Below the pieces are notes generated by a model, which was not told the DNA's origin, made no database searches, and was given only the letters and a program-made list of their open reading frames with translations. Of a stretch of 64,000 nucleotides of DNA, positions 9,224-20,379 are shown piece by piece (within the stretch, counting starts at the first letter, position 1; each line of letters opens with the position of its first letter). Source of the stretch: Nitrospirota bacterium (GTDB lineage Bacteria; Nitrospirota; Thermodesulfovibrionia; Thermodesulfovibrionales; UBA9159); contig CAVOUE010000003.1 of the NCBI GenBank assembly GCA_963699545.1, positions 160,001 through 224,000 of the forward strand, in the 5' to 3' direction. The position numbers and the translations under genes were made by a program.

Positions 9224-9987
9224 GCCTTCCGCTTCGCCTTCAGCGTCTCTTCCATCATCAGAATATATTTCACGAACTTGAAGCCGAAGAGCATGAGTTC
9301 GACATCATCGGTACGCATCTTCTCCCGTGACGCTTCATCCACCTCAAAGTTATCAAGGAACTTGCTATTGAATACGAACCTGCGGAACCGGTCCACATCA
9401 TAGTTTGCCATATAGAACATCGCCAGTTTCTTCCCCTCCAGCGCCATTTCCGGCATGTTCCTCATCAGGAGAATGCTCTTCCAGTCCCTGTTCAGCACAT
9501 CATACCGGTCGACGCCCTGGTCTTCCCTCCAGCCCGCCACCGTCCACTCCTGAGACTCTTCAAACCCCTTGCAGTGGTCTTCCCTGACAAAGAAGAAGAA
9601 TTCCTCATCCACCACTTTGTCATCCACCGCCTTTTTCAGCGTGCCCTGGCCGATGGGATAGTATCTGCAGTTGGCGGGCCTGTCCTCGTACACCGTGCAT
9701 CCCTCGGCGCTCACGAAGGGGCAGGTCCTTGTCTCATCAGCATTCATACGGAGATAGATCAGGGGAAAGGACGCCTTCCCATCGGTCTGTGTGTAGGTAT
9801 ATTTTTCGAGAAATTCCTCGGAGGGAATACCGAGCTTCTTCTTAAGGGCGACCACGTCATAGGGGGTGAGCATGATATCGATATTGCTGCAGCACTTCGT
9901 AAAACAGGAAATCCCCTTATGACATTTGAACCTGAACCTGCTCTTCAGGGTGAGCTGGACTTTGTCAACCGCCGCCATGTTCGCCAT
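9220..9987 (-). CDS. YkgJ-family Cys-cluster (Fe-S/Zn) protein
   Basis: F.C....CFTKCC, LTPYD, CPFV...GCTVYEDRP.NCRYYP, HCKG. Confidence 0.85.
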   Translation of the reverse strand: MANMAAVDKVQLTLKSRFRFKCHKGISCFTKCCSNIDIMLTPYDVVALKKKLGIPSEEFLEKYTYTQTDGKASFPLIYLRMNADETRTCPFVSAEGCTVYEDRPANCRYYPIGQGTLKKAVDDKVVDEEFFFFVREDHCKGFEESQEWTVAGWREDQGVDRYDVLNRDWKSILLMRNMPEMALEGKKLAMFYMANYDVDRFRRFVFNSKFLDNFEVDEASREKMRTDDVELMLFGFKFVKYILMMEETLKAKRKA

Positions 9988-10154
9988 ACAAACCTCCACA
10001 TTCTTGCTTATCTATTATAATCACCGCTTCGGAGAAAATGCTATTCATGAGGGCAAGGGGCCACCGGTAATGGGCGATACGGAAACATCCGGGCGGTATT
10101 TGTAGTCCCATTGCCTCTTGCCAATAGCTATTGCCGGATTTGAATCTGAAAAAC

Positions 10155-10187
10155 AAAAAAGGGGCTGGCCGGTAAGGCCAGCCCCTT
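10155..10187 (-). terminator. Intrinsic terminator after hppA
   Basis: AAGGGGCTGGCC-GGTAA-GGCCAGCCCCTT hairpin with A-tract on the low-coordinate side. Confidence 0.8.
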
Positions 10188-10201
10188 GCATCTCAAAACC
10201 A

Positions 10202-12278
10202 CTATATTAACGGCACGATAAGAAGCGCTACGATGTTGATGACCTTGATCATAGGGTTGATCGCCGGGCCCGCTGTGTCTTTGTAAGGGTCTCCGACGGT
10301 ATCGCCTGTTACAGAGGCCTTATGCCCATCGCTCCCCTTCTTATGAACTTTCCCTTTGTCGTCGGTAACGCCCTCTTCAAAGGATTTCTTGGCGTTGTCC
10401 CATGCTCCGCCGCCGCTTGTCATGGCGATAGCCTGGAAGAGTCCGGTCAGGATACTACCGATAAGGACTCCACCGAGGGCTTCCCTGCCGAGGAGAAGAC
10501 CTACTGCGATAGGAACTACCACCGGGATAAGGGCAGGGACCATCATCTGCTTGATAGCGCCTTTTGTGACGATGTCAACGCACTTGCCGTATTCCGGCTT
10601 TGCCTTATATTCCATAATTCCGGGGATCTCCCTGAACTGTCTTCTGACCTCCTCAACAATACTGCCGGCTGCCTTTCCAACCGCCTCCATAAGGAGTGAG
10701 CCGTAATAATAAGGGAGAAGACCGCCGATGAAAAGACCTGCCAGGACCATCGGGTTTGAAAGGTCAAATTTCAGCGCGGTCGGGAAAGACCTTGAATACT
10801 CGGCAAAAAGGACCAGCGCTGCAAGACCTGCTGAGCCGATCGCATAACCCTTTGTAACAGCCTTTGTCGTATTTCCGACTGCATCCAATGGGTCTGTGAT
10901 GTTACGGATCTCTGCAGGCAGTCCCGACATTTCCGCTATACCGCCTGCGTTGTCAGTAATCGGACCGTATGAGTCGATCGCAACAACGATGCCTGTCATT
11001 GAAAGCATGGAAACCGCTGACAGGGCGATAGCAAAAAGACCGCCTGCTGCATCACCGGCGAATCCGCCGCCCAAAGCATATGCGCCGAGGATTGAGGCAA
11101 CAATAACTATAACAGGCGCGGCGGTTGACTTCATGCTGACCGCGAGACCGGCGATCACGTTTGTTCCGTGACCGGTCAGACTGGCCTTTGCAATGTGTTT
11201 CACCGGGGGATACTGCGAAGCAGTGAAGTACTCAGTTATAACCACGATCAGTCCGGTCAATGCAAGGCCGATAACCGCCATAAGGAAAACGTTCATTTGA
11301 GTAAATGACGCATGAGCAACCAATGAAGCCTGCGCTGAAGCGCCCTTCAGGAACTCGCCTGTCACAAAATAAAATACTATTGCCGCAAGCACGCCTGCAA
11401 CGGCAAGCCCCTTATAGAGGGCCCCCATGATGTACTGGCTTTTACCGAGCCTTACTGCAAAGGTTCCGATAATGGATGCGATGATCGATATTCCGCCGAG
11501 GAGCATCGGAAACTCAATCCAGTCGCTACCTACGCCAAAAACCGTCTTTGCCAAGAGCATTGCTGCAACAAGTGTAACCGTGTATGTTTCATAAAGGTCA
11601 GCTGCCATACCTGCGCAGTCCCCTACATTGTCTCCTACGTTATCTGCGATAACAGCAGGGTTTCTGGGATCGTCCTCGGGGATTCCCGCTTCAACTTTTC
11701 CAACGAGGTCAGCGCCTACGTCAGCAGCCTTTGTGTAGATACCGCCTGCGATACGGGCAAACACGCTCATAAGTGAGCATCCGAAGCCGAGGCCTACCAA
11801 GGCATGGAATACCATCTCAGGATTTGCTGCCTTTGCAATCGTATAAAAGCCTGCAAGGCCTATAATTCCAAGACCAACAACCATAACGCCGGTAACCGAG
11901 CCGCCCTTGAACGCAAGACTGAGCGCAGCCTGGAGAACCTCTGTGCGCGGCCTGTGTAGTGCGGACGTTAGCGCGGACAGTAACCCACATACCCACAAAG
12001 CCGGCAAGCGCAGAACCGAACGTGCCGACAATAAAGCCAATAGCGGTCCAAATGCCGAGATTCATCGCCGCGATAAGAACGACAAGGACCACTGCAACCA
12101 TCGCAACTGTCTTATATTCGCGTGCCAGGAACGCATATGCGCCCTCTTTGACCGCATTCGAGATCTCCTGCATCTTTGCACTGCCGGCGTCCTGCTTCGA
12201 TACCCACATTGCGGTCATAATTGCGTATATGACACCTAGTACACCGCAACCTAAGGCAAACAATATCGTTAGACTCAT
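10202..12278 (-). CDS. hppA: Membrane-bound ion-translocating pyrophosphatase, K+-independent H+-PPase type; one frameshift near 11937
   Basis: [64 protein letters not shown]-terminus in ORF 11817-12278. Confidence 0.95.
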
Positions 12279-12436
12279 TTATCTTCCTCCTTTGCTGAGA
12301 TTTGATAGCACCGAGATTATCATAAGAATATTTTATAAATCAATAAGCAGCTCTCATGACCTAAAAAGAACGGCCCCCCTCCATCCATAGGGTAACTCCT
12401 CCTCACCTCCTTTTGGTTTTTGCTCAGGGAACAGCT

Positions 12437-12868
12437 TCAGGAACCGAGGATATAGTCTTTCAGATAGTGGACCTCCGCCTCCAGGTTCCCTGTGTGATAC
12501 TTCACCACGTCACGCATGGACACCACACCCACAAGCCTTCCCCTGTCGATCACCGGAAGATGGCGTATCTGCTTATTGGTCATAATGGTCATGGCATAAT
12601 CGAGGTCATCTTCAGGCTCTATCACCAGAAGGTCTCTGCTCATCACATCCTTTATCGCGACCTTGTCAAAGGAACTGTGGCGCGTCCAGCACTTCAGGAC
12701 GTCCCGCTCGGTGAACAGCCCGACGCATGTATTATCTTCCATCACGAGGATCGCCCCGATGTTCCTTTCGACCATTTTCTTCACTGCGGAATCCACCGTG
12801 ACATCGCTGTGTATCGCGATGACCTCGAGTCCCTTATCCTTCAGGATATCCTTCACCTTCATGGCCAT
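12437..12868 (-). CDS. Stand-alone CBS-pair protein
   Basis: IGAILV, GLFTERD, VMS, IRHLPV, GVVSMRDVV; starts 6 bp after the qmoC stop. Confidence 0.9.
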   Translation of the reverse strand: MAMKVKDILKDKGLEVIAIHSDVTVDSAVKKMVERNIGAILVMEDNTCVGLFTERDVLKCWTRHSSFDKVAIKDVMSRDLLVIEPEDDLDYAMTIMTNKQIRHLPVIDRGRLVGVVSMRDVVKYHTGNLEAEVHYLKDYILGS

Positions 12869-12874
12869 AGGTCT

Positions 12875-14014
12875 CTACTCTCTTCCCGCCTGCTTCGCAA
12901 ACACCATGGCGGTAGCACGGTATACCATATGGGCCATCTTCGAAAAGGGCGCATATGCAAAGAGGAAGAAAACGAACACGAGGTGGATGAAATACGTAGG
13001 ATACGCCAGAGCAGCGATGTCCGCAAGCCTGAAGAGCTCCGAGAGTATGCCTGTGGCCATGATGGCGAAGACCACCAGGATGAAGAGCCAGTCATAATAA
13101 CTCCCGGCACCCGCTTTTTCCTTGTTCTTGAGCCGGTTGGTGATCACCAGCATAGTGCCGGCCAGGAGCGCAAGTGCGCTCACATTTCCGACAATCTTGA
13201 GCGGATCGTAGAGCGGAAAGGGCGAGTCCCCGAAGTGAAAAATGGAGAACGCCTCGATACCGAAGATCTTGTGCCCGTAGAGGTAAACAACCGCCCAGCT
13301 TGTTGTTATGGCAAGGCCGATGAAGGCATAGAAAACCAGGAGATGGGAGGTTGATCGGGCCATGGTCACATTGCACTTCTTGAACCTGCTGTGGGAGAGG
13401 ATATCTGCAATGACCCCCTTGAAACTCCCCATGATATCTCCCCTGACCTTCGCCCCTTCGCTCATGGCTGCCCAGTATTTCTTCACGCCGAGGACGAAGG
13501 AAACGACCGCAAAGATCGCCGCGGCAGTAAAGATCGGATCGACAAAATGGATGGGGATGAACTTTGAGTACACGATCTTCCCCTCGGGGAACGACGAAAG
13601 CTGGCCCTCATAGCCGGCAACACCGAGGAAAATGAGCACCGGCAGCGCAAAGAGGAGGATCAGGTACTTCGAGTCGCTCACCATATTGGCAAGGAACGAA
13701 GGCGCGGAAAATTCCCTTATGGTCATCTTTCGTATCGCACCGAGGACCTCACCCGGCTTGGCACCCCGGGGACAGTATGCGGTACAGTCACTGCACTGAT
13801 GACAGAGCCAGATGTCCGGGTTGCTGATGAGCCTGTCCTTCAGACCCCATTGCGCATACATCATCTCTTTCCGGGGAAAAGGTTTGCTGTCCGGGGTGAC
13901 ATTGCAGACCACCGAACAGGTGGCACACTGGAAACACTTTTTCAGCGATTCTCCCCCGCTGTTCATAACCTCTTTTACAAAATTCAAATCCGGGCTTATT
14001 GCCTGTTCTGCCAT
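12875..14014 (-). CDS. qmoC: Quinone-interacting membrane-bound oxidoreductase subunit C
   Basis: CFQCATCSVVC and CHQCSDCTAYCP clusters, then a membrane cytochrome-b domain (YFIHLV...PFSKMAHMVYR); downstream of qmoAB. Confidence 0.95.
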   Translation of the reverse strand: MAEQAISPDLNFVKEVMNSGGESLKKCFQCATCSVVCNVTPDSKPFPRKEMMYAQWGLKDRLISNPDIWLCHQCSDCTAYCPRGAKPGEVLGAIRKMTIREFSAPSFLANMVSDSKYLILLFALPVLIFLGVAGYEGQLSSFPEGKIVYSKFIPIHFVDPIFTAAAIFAVVSFVLGVKKYWAAMSEGAKVRGDIMGSFKGVIADILSHSRFKKCNVTMARSTSHLLVFYAFIGLAITTSWAVVYLYGHKIFGIEAFSIFHFGDSPFPLYDPLKIVGNVSALALLAGTMLVITNRLKNKEKAGAGSYYDWLFILVVFAIMATGILSELFRLADIAALAYPTYFIHLVFVFFLFAYAPFSKMAHMVYRATAMVFAKQAGRE

Positions 14015-14142
14015 CTATACTTACCTCCTCTTAAAACAAAGGTTGCGGTTAAGGTTCAGGGTAAGACAGGAGGTTTTCGCAGCATTGTCCATCATCTCCC
14101 GTTTTCTTCTCAACCTTAAACCTCTGCCCTGACCTGTTGTAT

Positions 14143-16374
14143 TTAAAATTCCTTAAACGGATTAGGCCCTATTTCTTTGACCTTTGCGACAAACTCGTTG
14201 ATCATGTCGGGGAGTTTGTCATACTCATTGATCGCGACCTGCATCATCTGGACCCTTTCGGACTCAAGTTGGAGCCTGTTCAGTGTCTCTCCGATCTTGC
14301 TGAACCGGTAGTTTGCAAGCTCACTGCCCTTCACAAAGTGACACTGATAGTTTTCTCCGTATTTACAGCCGAGGAGCAGCACCCCGTCAACGCCTTTGGA
14401 GAGGGCGTCTGCAACCCACACGAGGTTCATGCCCCCGAGGCATCTCAGCGAAATAAACCTGACACTCGCATCGATCTCTTTACGGTTAATACCTGCGGTA
14501 TCAAGCGCCGGATATGCGTCGTTTTCGCAGGCAAGGCAGATGATCCTGAACTCCTCCTCGGGACAATCAAGCGACTTAATCATGGAGCCGATGATGTCAA
14601 CGCTGTAATCTTTAAATTGCACAATTCTTTCCGGACATGCGCCCATACAGGTCCCGCACCGTCTGCACCGGTTCAACTTATAAAAGGGTATACCCTTCTC
14701 GTCTTCTTCAATGGCCCCAAAGGGACATTCTTCCGTACACCTTTTGCACGCGGTACACCTGATGAGCATCGGGTCGGGGAACGTGATGTCCCAGGCCCTC
14801 GGATGGACGGCCATTCCTCTTGAGGCGTGATCGACGCATTGTATCGCCTTAAAGGCCGCGCCCGCCGCATCTTCCTGCGCTTCGGACATATTCATGGGCT
14901 GCCTCACACAGCCCGCAGCGTAGACACCGGTCCTCCTCGTTTCATACTGAAAGCAGATGAAGTTCGAATCCGCAAACCCGCACGCACCTTCAAGTGAAGG
15001 GAGCTCCGGGCCCTGCCTGTAAGCGAGGTTCAGGATATATTCCGGCTTCGGTGTTGTCTCAAGATATGCCTTCTTGGCGTCATCACCCTTTGCAGCTTCC
15101 AGGGCGAGATTATCGAGATATTCCTGTGGCGCCCTCGTCGTCGGGACCATGCCCGTTGCAAGAACGACCAGATCGGCCTCAACCGTCACCTTTTCGCCAA
15201 GAAGCGAATTCTCCATCTCGACAAGGAGGTTGCCGTTTCCGACCTCGGTAACGCCGGTAACATCGGCTTTCGTGAGCATGACGCCCGGATCGTTCTGGGC
15301 CTCCATGTAATATGATTCGAGCCTCCCCGGTGTTCTTATATCAATATAGAAGATCATTGCAAGCGCATCGGGGTTCTGCCTCACATACTTTGCCTGTTTC
15401 AGCGATGTCGCGCAGCACATGGACGAGCAATAGGGAAGATGATTCGGGTTCCTCTGCCCTGCACATTGAATAAAGGCCACCTTCCTCGCCTCTTTACCGT
15501 TGGAGGGCTTTATGATCTTTCCGTTGTTCTTCTTTGCGATTTCCTCGAATTCTATGTTTGTCACCACGTCTTTGGATTTCCCGTATCCGAGGTAATCAAG
15601 CTTTGTGGCGTCATAGGGCTTCCAGCCTGTGGCCATGACAATTGCGCCGATCTTTACGGTCTCGGAGTTGCCGTTTGACGCTATCGTCACGTCATACAGA
15701 CCCGGCTGACCTTCTGTCTTCTCAACCTTTGCGGACTTATAGACCTTAATATCCGGATTGCTTTCCACTTCTTTGATAAGCGCATCTGCGTCGGTATCCA
15801 CTATGAGGGGCTCTCTGAAAAACACCCCCATCGGAATTTTCTTGTAGAGTTTATTCATAAAGCCGCCGAGCTGGGGCTCCTTTTCCACAAGGACGACCTT
15901 CTGCCCCGCCTTTGCCGCCTCAATAGCTGCTGTCATGCCGCTTATGCCGCCGCCGATGACCAGGATTGTACTGCTCAGGTTCTCAAGGATGTTCGGCTCC
16001 GGCAGATCCCCTTTCTGCGTCTTGACGATACCCATGATAAGATAGTCCGCCGCAATGGTCTGGGTCTCATCGGTCTTCGGAGGCTTGCTCCAGGCGACGA
16101 ATTCCCTCATATTCACTCTCTCGGTAATAGTTCCGGAAAAGGAAAACTCATCATACTTCACACGCGGAGAGCAGGCCGCTATGATGATCGTGTTCACTCC
16201 GTCCTTGATATCGTCCTTGATCAACTGGACTCCGGCGGGACCGCATAAGATATCGTGGGTCTTGCAGTTAGCGATCTTCATGTCCTTTGTGGCCACATTC
16301 GAGAGCTTCTCTATGTCAATGGCATCGCCAATGCCGCAGCCTTTGCAGATATATACGCCGAATTTCTTCTCCAT
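14143..16374 (-). CDS. qmoB: Qmo subunit B (HdrA-like flavoprotein with ferredoxin and MvhD-like domains)
   Basis: GGGISG FAD site, QCAGQR..YCSSMCC, two CxxCxxCxxxCP, CENDAYPA..CLG..GCKYGENYQCHF. Confidence 0.95.
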   Translation of the reverse strand: MEKKFGVYICKGCGIGDAIDIEKLSNVATKDMKIANCKTHDILCGPAGVQLIKDDIKDGVNTIIIAACSPRVKYDEFSFSGTITERVNMREFVAWSKPPKTDETQTIAADYLIMGIVKTQKGDLPEPNILENLSSTILVIGGGISGMTAAIEAAKAGQKVVLVEKEPQLGGFMNKLYKKIPMGVFFREPLIVDTDADALIKEVESNPDIKVYKSAKVEKTEGQPGLYDVTIASNGNSETVKIGAIVMATGWKPYDATKLDYLGYGKSKDVVTNIEFEEIAKKNNGKIIKPSNGKEARKVAFIQCAGQRNPNHLPYCSSMCCATSLKQAKYVRQNPDALAMIFYIDIRTPGRLESYYMEAQNDPGVMLTKADVTGVTEVGNGNLLVEMENSLLGEKVTVEADLVVLATGMVPTTRAPQEYLDNLALEAAKGDDAKKAYLETTPKPEYILNLAYRQGPELPSLEGACGFADSNFICFQYETRRTGVYAAGCVRQPMNMSEAQEDAAGAAFKAIQCVDHASRGMAVHPRAWDITFPDPMLIRCTACKRCTEECPFGAIEEDEKGIPFYKLNRCRRCGTCMGACPERIVQFKDYSVDIIGSMIKSLDCPEEEFRIICLACENDAYPALDTAGINRKEIDASVRFISLRCLGGMNLVWVADALSKGVDGVLLLGCKYGENYQCHFVKGSELANYRFSKIGETLNRLQLESERVQMMQVAINEYDKLPDMINEFVAKVKEIGPNPFKEF

Positions 16375-16376
16375 CG

Positions 16377-17639
16377 CTATTTCCTCCTCAAACTCTGCAT
16401 GCTCTTGATCGCAACACCCGTGGCGTCCTGAACAGACCGAACAACATCAGCAGGACTCTTCAGTGTCCCCACGGCATATATGCCTTTTTTCGCGCTGCCA
16501 GCGTCCACAAACCCATCAGGCGTATAAGAGATATCCTTGACGATTTTCGAGTCCTTTGTGCCGGGGACCATACCTGCGGCAAGGACCACCATATCAAAGG
16601 TCGCCTTGATCTTCTTGCCGCCCAGAATATCTTCTACCTCAACGATGACATCCTTCGTAGCAGGGTCTTCGGTAATCCCCGCAACCTTGCCCTTTGTTAG
16701 GGTGACATTGGGATCGTCCTTCACCTTCCACAGGAATCTGTTCTCATAAAGCCCGGGAGTCCTAAGGTCGATGTAAAATATCTGCGCCTTTGAATCCGGG
16801 TATTGTTCCCTGATATACATGGTCTGCTTCAGTGAAGCAAGGCAGCATATATACGAACAGTAGGGAAGATGGTTCTCGTCCCTCGATCCCGCGCACTGGA
16901 CAAAGGCGATGTTCTTCACCTCTTTGCCGTCAGACGGACGGACGATTTTGCCGCCCGTAGGCCCGTTCGCCGCAGCCAGCCTCTCCATCATCATGTTCGT
17001 GATCACATTCTGGACTTTTCCAAAGCCCGAGGTTGTCCATTCTGGTGGCATCGTACAGGTTCCATCCTGTAGCCATAACAATGGCGCCGACCTTGAGGCT
17101 TACTGTTTCCGTCTTCATATTCAGGTCAATGGCGTCGTATTTGCAGGCGTCAAAACACGCCTTCATGCAGTCTTTTGCGCAGGCTGAATCGTCGATCACA
17201 TATGTGAAGGGAAATGCCTGATTAAAAGGGAAGATACGCTGCCTTCGTCTTGTCCATTCCGAAATTAAAATCATTACTGCGATATGACGGACATGCTTGC
17301 GCACAGGCATCGCAGCCCACGCACTTGTCATTTACGTACCTCGGATTGACCTTCACGGTCACATCGAAAGTTGCCCTCTTCTCCCTTGATTTCCTGCACC
17401 TCGGCCAGCGTATAGAATTTAATCTGTCCGCTGTTCTTTATCCTCTTGAACTGTATCTCAAGGCCACACACTGGCGGGCATAGTTTCCAGAAGTACTTAT
17501 TCAACTGCGCCACCTTGCCGCCAAGATAGGGGTTCTTCTCGACGATAACAACGTCGTTACCGGCCTCAGCGATTTCCACTGCTGCAGTGAGACCGCTGAA
17601 ACCTCCTCCGATTATTAAAGCTGTTTTATTCTCTGCCAT
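16377..17639 (-). CDS. qmoA: Qmo subunit A (HdrA-like), split by two frameshifts
   Basis: [47 protein letters not shown] across ORFs 17328-17639, 16930-17331, 16377-17081. Confidence 0.9.
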
Positions 17640-17764
17640 TTCTTTCCTCCTCTTTCTGCTTGGCGAATCCGCCCGTGGCGGAAAGGCAGCCAGTCACAAA
17701 GAGATTCTTATATCTCAGTCGTTGAGTAATATAAACGCCTCTTTTTGACCTGCTGAAGGATCAG

Positions 17765-17786
17765 GGGAGGGCAGTCGCCCTCCCCC
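17765..17786 (-). terminator. GC-rich hairpin after aprA (terminator or mRNA-stabilising stem; weak U-tract)
   Basis: GGGGAGGGC-AGTC-GCCCTCCCC. Confidence 0.5.
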
Positions 17787-17797
17787 ATCCCGATCAG

Positions 17798-19801
17798 TTA
17801 CTTATACATCTCGACATAGGGAACCTTCTTGAATTCCCATTTGTTGGTCGCGCTGTCGTACTTCGAATTGGTGAAGCACTTCCAGTTTGTGTCATCGATC
17901 TTGTTAAAGTCGCCCCTGTAGTAGTACCCGGGGTACCTGGACTCCTCCCTGAAGAGGATATGCCTTGCATGCGCCTCGACCGACAGAATTCTGTGGTAGT
18001 TCTCGAAGCACCTTAAGAGCTCGTGGAGGTCTTTTGCCGCCATCTTTGCGGCATCCTCTTTGAGCATCTCAAGCTTCTTGAGGCCTTCTTCAAGCATCGT
18101 CTTTGAGGTCATGTACCAGGTGGCAACCCCACCGAAGTACTCGTCGGAAATCTTCTGGAGTCTCAGCTGAAGCGATTTCGGACCGATGTAATTGGGGTTG
18201 ATCGTGGGATCCGTCGAATAGGTCTTGTATTTCTCATACATCTCGAACGGCAGATAGAGCTCGGCCGCAATCTCATCAAGGGACAATTTCGGTGACGGCT
18301 TGTAGTCTGCGTGGTCGAGGATGAATGCCAACGCGCCCTTTGCTGCGATCCTGCCCTCTGCATGGGAACCGGATGAGAATTTGTGGCCTGAGGCGCCGAC
18401 AACGTCACCAGCCATGAAGAGACCGGGTACGGTAGACATCCTGTTGTATCCCCAACTGTAATGTGCGGGTGTGCCGGCAATATCGCCGGGGCCGCTCACC
18501 CAGAATCCTGCGCAGCCTGCGTGTGAACCCAAGAGATAGGGCTCTGTCGGCATAATTTCGGATGTACTCTTATCCGGCTCAATATTACTTGCCGCCCACA
18601 GGGACGCCTGTCCGATAGCCATGTCAAGGAAGTCTTCCCATGCCTCTGCCTCGAGGTGTTTCATCTTCTTGGCGCCTTCTTTATCGCCAAGTTTCTCTTT
18701 GAAGCCTTTCCCCAGGGCCTCCATAGCCGCAGGGGTCTGCATGAGGATCGGGCCCCTGCCGTCCCTCATGGCCCTCATCATAAGATGGTTCCTGATCGCC
18801 GTACCGAGACCTTTTGCATAGTCTCCGTATCTGGCAACCGCATCATCAAAATATTCCTTGTCCGCGCAGTAGTCGTTCCCGAAGCTGTCTGTTGCCTTTG
18901 CCTTAAAGAACAGGAACCATGCGCCGACAGGACCATATCCGTCCTTAAATCTTGCGGGCACGAACCTGTTCTCCATCAGGGTCAGCTCGGCGCCGGCCTG
19001 CATGCCGAACGCATACCCCGAACCGCAGCTGAATACCGGGTACCAGGTCCTTCCCATACCTTCACCAACCGACCTCGGTCTGAAGCAGTTAACTGCTCCC
19101 GCAGTCGCACAGATCATCGCCTTTGCTTTAAAGGAGTAAATCTTGTTTTCCCTCACGCTGAACCCGATGGCCGCTGCCACGTTTTTCCCATTGGTATCCA
19201 TTACCGCCTTCACAATGAATACCCTTTCAAAATGGTTCTGCGCCATACCGGTTTTTTCCCTGTTGACCTGAAGGGCCTTCTTCGCAGCCTCTGCAACGAC
19301 AACCTTATAGGACTCGCCATTGATCATGATCTGCCATTTGCCGGACCTTACCGGTGTTCCGCCGTCCTTCAGGCTCGCCTTACCGGCATCTTTTGCCTGG
19401 AAGCCATCGAGTGAGAACCCGTCATCGCCCTTCTTCCAGATGGGGAGACCCCATTCTTCAAAGAGCTGGACCGAATCGTCAACGTGCCTGCCGAGGTCAA
19501 ACACAAGGTCTTCCCTGATGATACCCATCAGGTCGTTTCTCACGTATTTAACATAATCAGCAACCTTGTTCTCACCAACATAGGTGTTAATGGCGGACAG
19601 GCCCATTGCGACTGCGCCGCTTCTGTCTGTTGCAGCCTTGTCAACCAGGACAACCTTAAGTCCCTTTTCATTTGCCCAGCGGCATGCTTCGAACGCAGCG
19701 CCGCACCCTGCCATACCGCCGCCCATGATCAGGAGATCGGTTTCAACTTCAGTTACTTCAGGCTTCGCACAAAATGAAAATGTACAAGTTTCTTTTTCCA
19801 T
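17798..19801 (-). CDS. aprA: Dissimilatory adenylylsulfate reductase alpha subunit
   Basis: GGGMAGCG, RSGAVAMGLSAINTY, WQIMINGESYK, ENRFVPARFKDGYGPVGAWF, HKFSSGS, ESRYPGYYYR. Confidence 0.98.
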   Translation of the reverse strand: MEKETCTFSFCAKPEVTEVETDLLIMGGGMAGCGAAFEACRWANEKGLKVVLVDKAATDRSGAVAMGLSAINTYVGENKVADYVKYVRNDLMGIIREDLVFDLGRHVDDSVQLFEEWGLPIWKKGDDGFSLDGFQAKDAGKASLKDGGTPVRSGKWQIMINGESYKVVVAEAAKKALQVNREKTGMAQNHFERVFIVKAVMDTNGKNVAAAIGFSVRENKIYSFKAKAMICATAGAVNCFRPRSVGEGMGRTWYPVFSCGSGYAFGMQAGAELTLMENRFVPARFKDGYGPVGAWFLFFKAKATDSFGNDYCADKEYFDDAVARYGDYAKGLGTAIRNHLMMRAMRDGRGPILMQTPAAMEALGKGFKEKLGDKEGAKKMKHLEAEAWEDFLDMAIGQASLWAASNIEPDKSTSEIMPTEPYLLGSHAGCAGFWVSGPGDIAGTPAHYSWGYNRMSTVPGLFMAGDVVGASGHKFSSGSHAEGRIAAKGALAFILDHADYKPSPKLSLDEIAAELYLPFEMYEKYKTYSTDPTINPNYIGPKSLQLRLQKISDEYFGGVATWYMTSKTMLEEGLKKLEMLKEDAAKMAAKDLHELLRCFENYHRILSVEAHARHILFREESRYPGYYYRGDFNKIDDTNWKCFTNSKYDSATNKWEFKKVPYVEMYK

Positions 19802-19814
19802 GTATATTCACCTC

Positions 19815-20234
19815 CTATTCATTTCTTGCCGGGCCGGTAAAGAAACCAGGCTTCTTAAGTGTCGCAAAATCAGGCGCCGGTTTCCCTGCATACGGATCAA
19901 CCGAACCCTCTGCTGTTGTCCTGATGGGGAACTTGAACCTCTTGAGGACCCCGTTCCTGAACTTGATCGTCCACATAATGGAGTCGGTGCCTCTCAAGGG
20001 GATAGTGCTGGACCCGAGGGGAACGAAGTCTGAATAACCCCTGACCTCGATCGCCTGCTGCGGGCAGATCTTGACACAGTTAAAGCACTCCCAGCACTGC
20101 TCAGGCTCCTGATTGTATGCCTTCATCTTTTCTCTGTTGAGGGCCATCAAATCATGAGGACAGATATACTGGCATGCGGTCTTATCCTGGGCCTTACATC
20201 CATCACATTTCTCGGTAATCACAAAACTTGGCAT
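19815..20234 (-). CDS. aprB: Adenylylsulfate reductase beta subunit
   Basis: CDGCK..TACQYICPHDLM, CWECFNCVKICPQQAI, KRFKFPIRTT. Confidence 0.98.
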   Translation of the reverse strand: MPSFVITEKCDGCKAQDKTACQYICPHDLMALNREKMKAYNQEPEQCWECFNCVKICPQQAIEVRGYSDFVPLGSSTIPLRGTDSIMWTIKFRNGVLKRFKFPIRTTAEGSVDPYAGKPAPDFATLKKPGFFTGPARNE

Positions 20235-20379
20235 GTTCCTTAACCTCCTTTACGGTTTCTCAATATCAGCCTTAGCACCTAAGGCAGTAATCCAAAACTT
20301 TCCGATGAGCTAAATCTCCACCTCCTCTCACTTCTGAATATTTGTGTACCTTTATCTCGGCCTTTAATACGACATGAAT

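Noticed and set aside
12413-13354. Long antisense ORFs (e.g. 12413-13354, 3770-4570, 27862-28680, 18656-19414)
   Set aside because: Shadows of well-supported genes on the opposite strand with no recognisable motifs
16377-17639. Selenocysteine or programmed frameshifting explaining split qmoA
   Set aside because: The breaks are frame changes from single-base indels, not in-frame TGA, and similar breaks are scattered across unrelated genes
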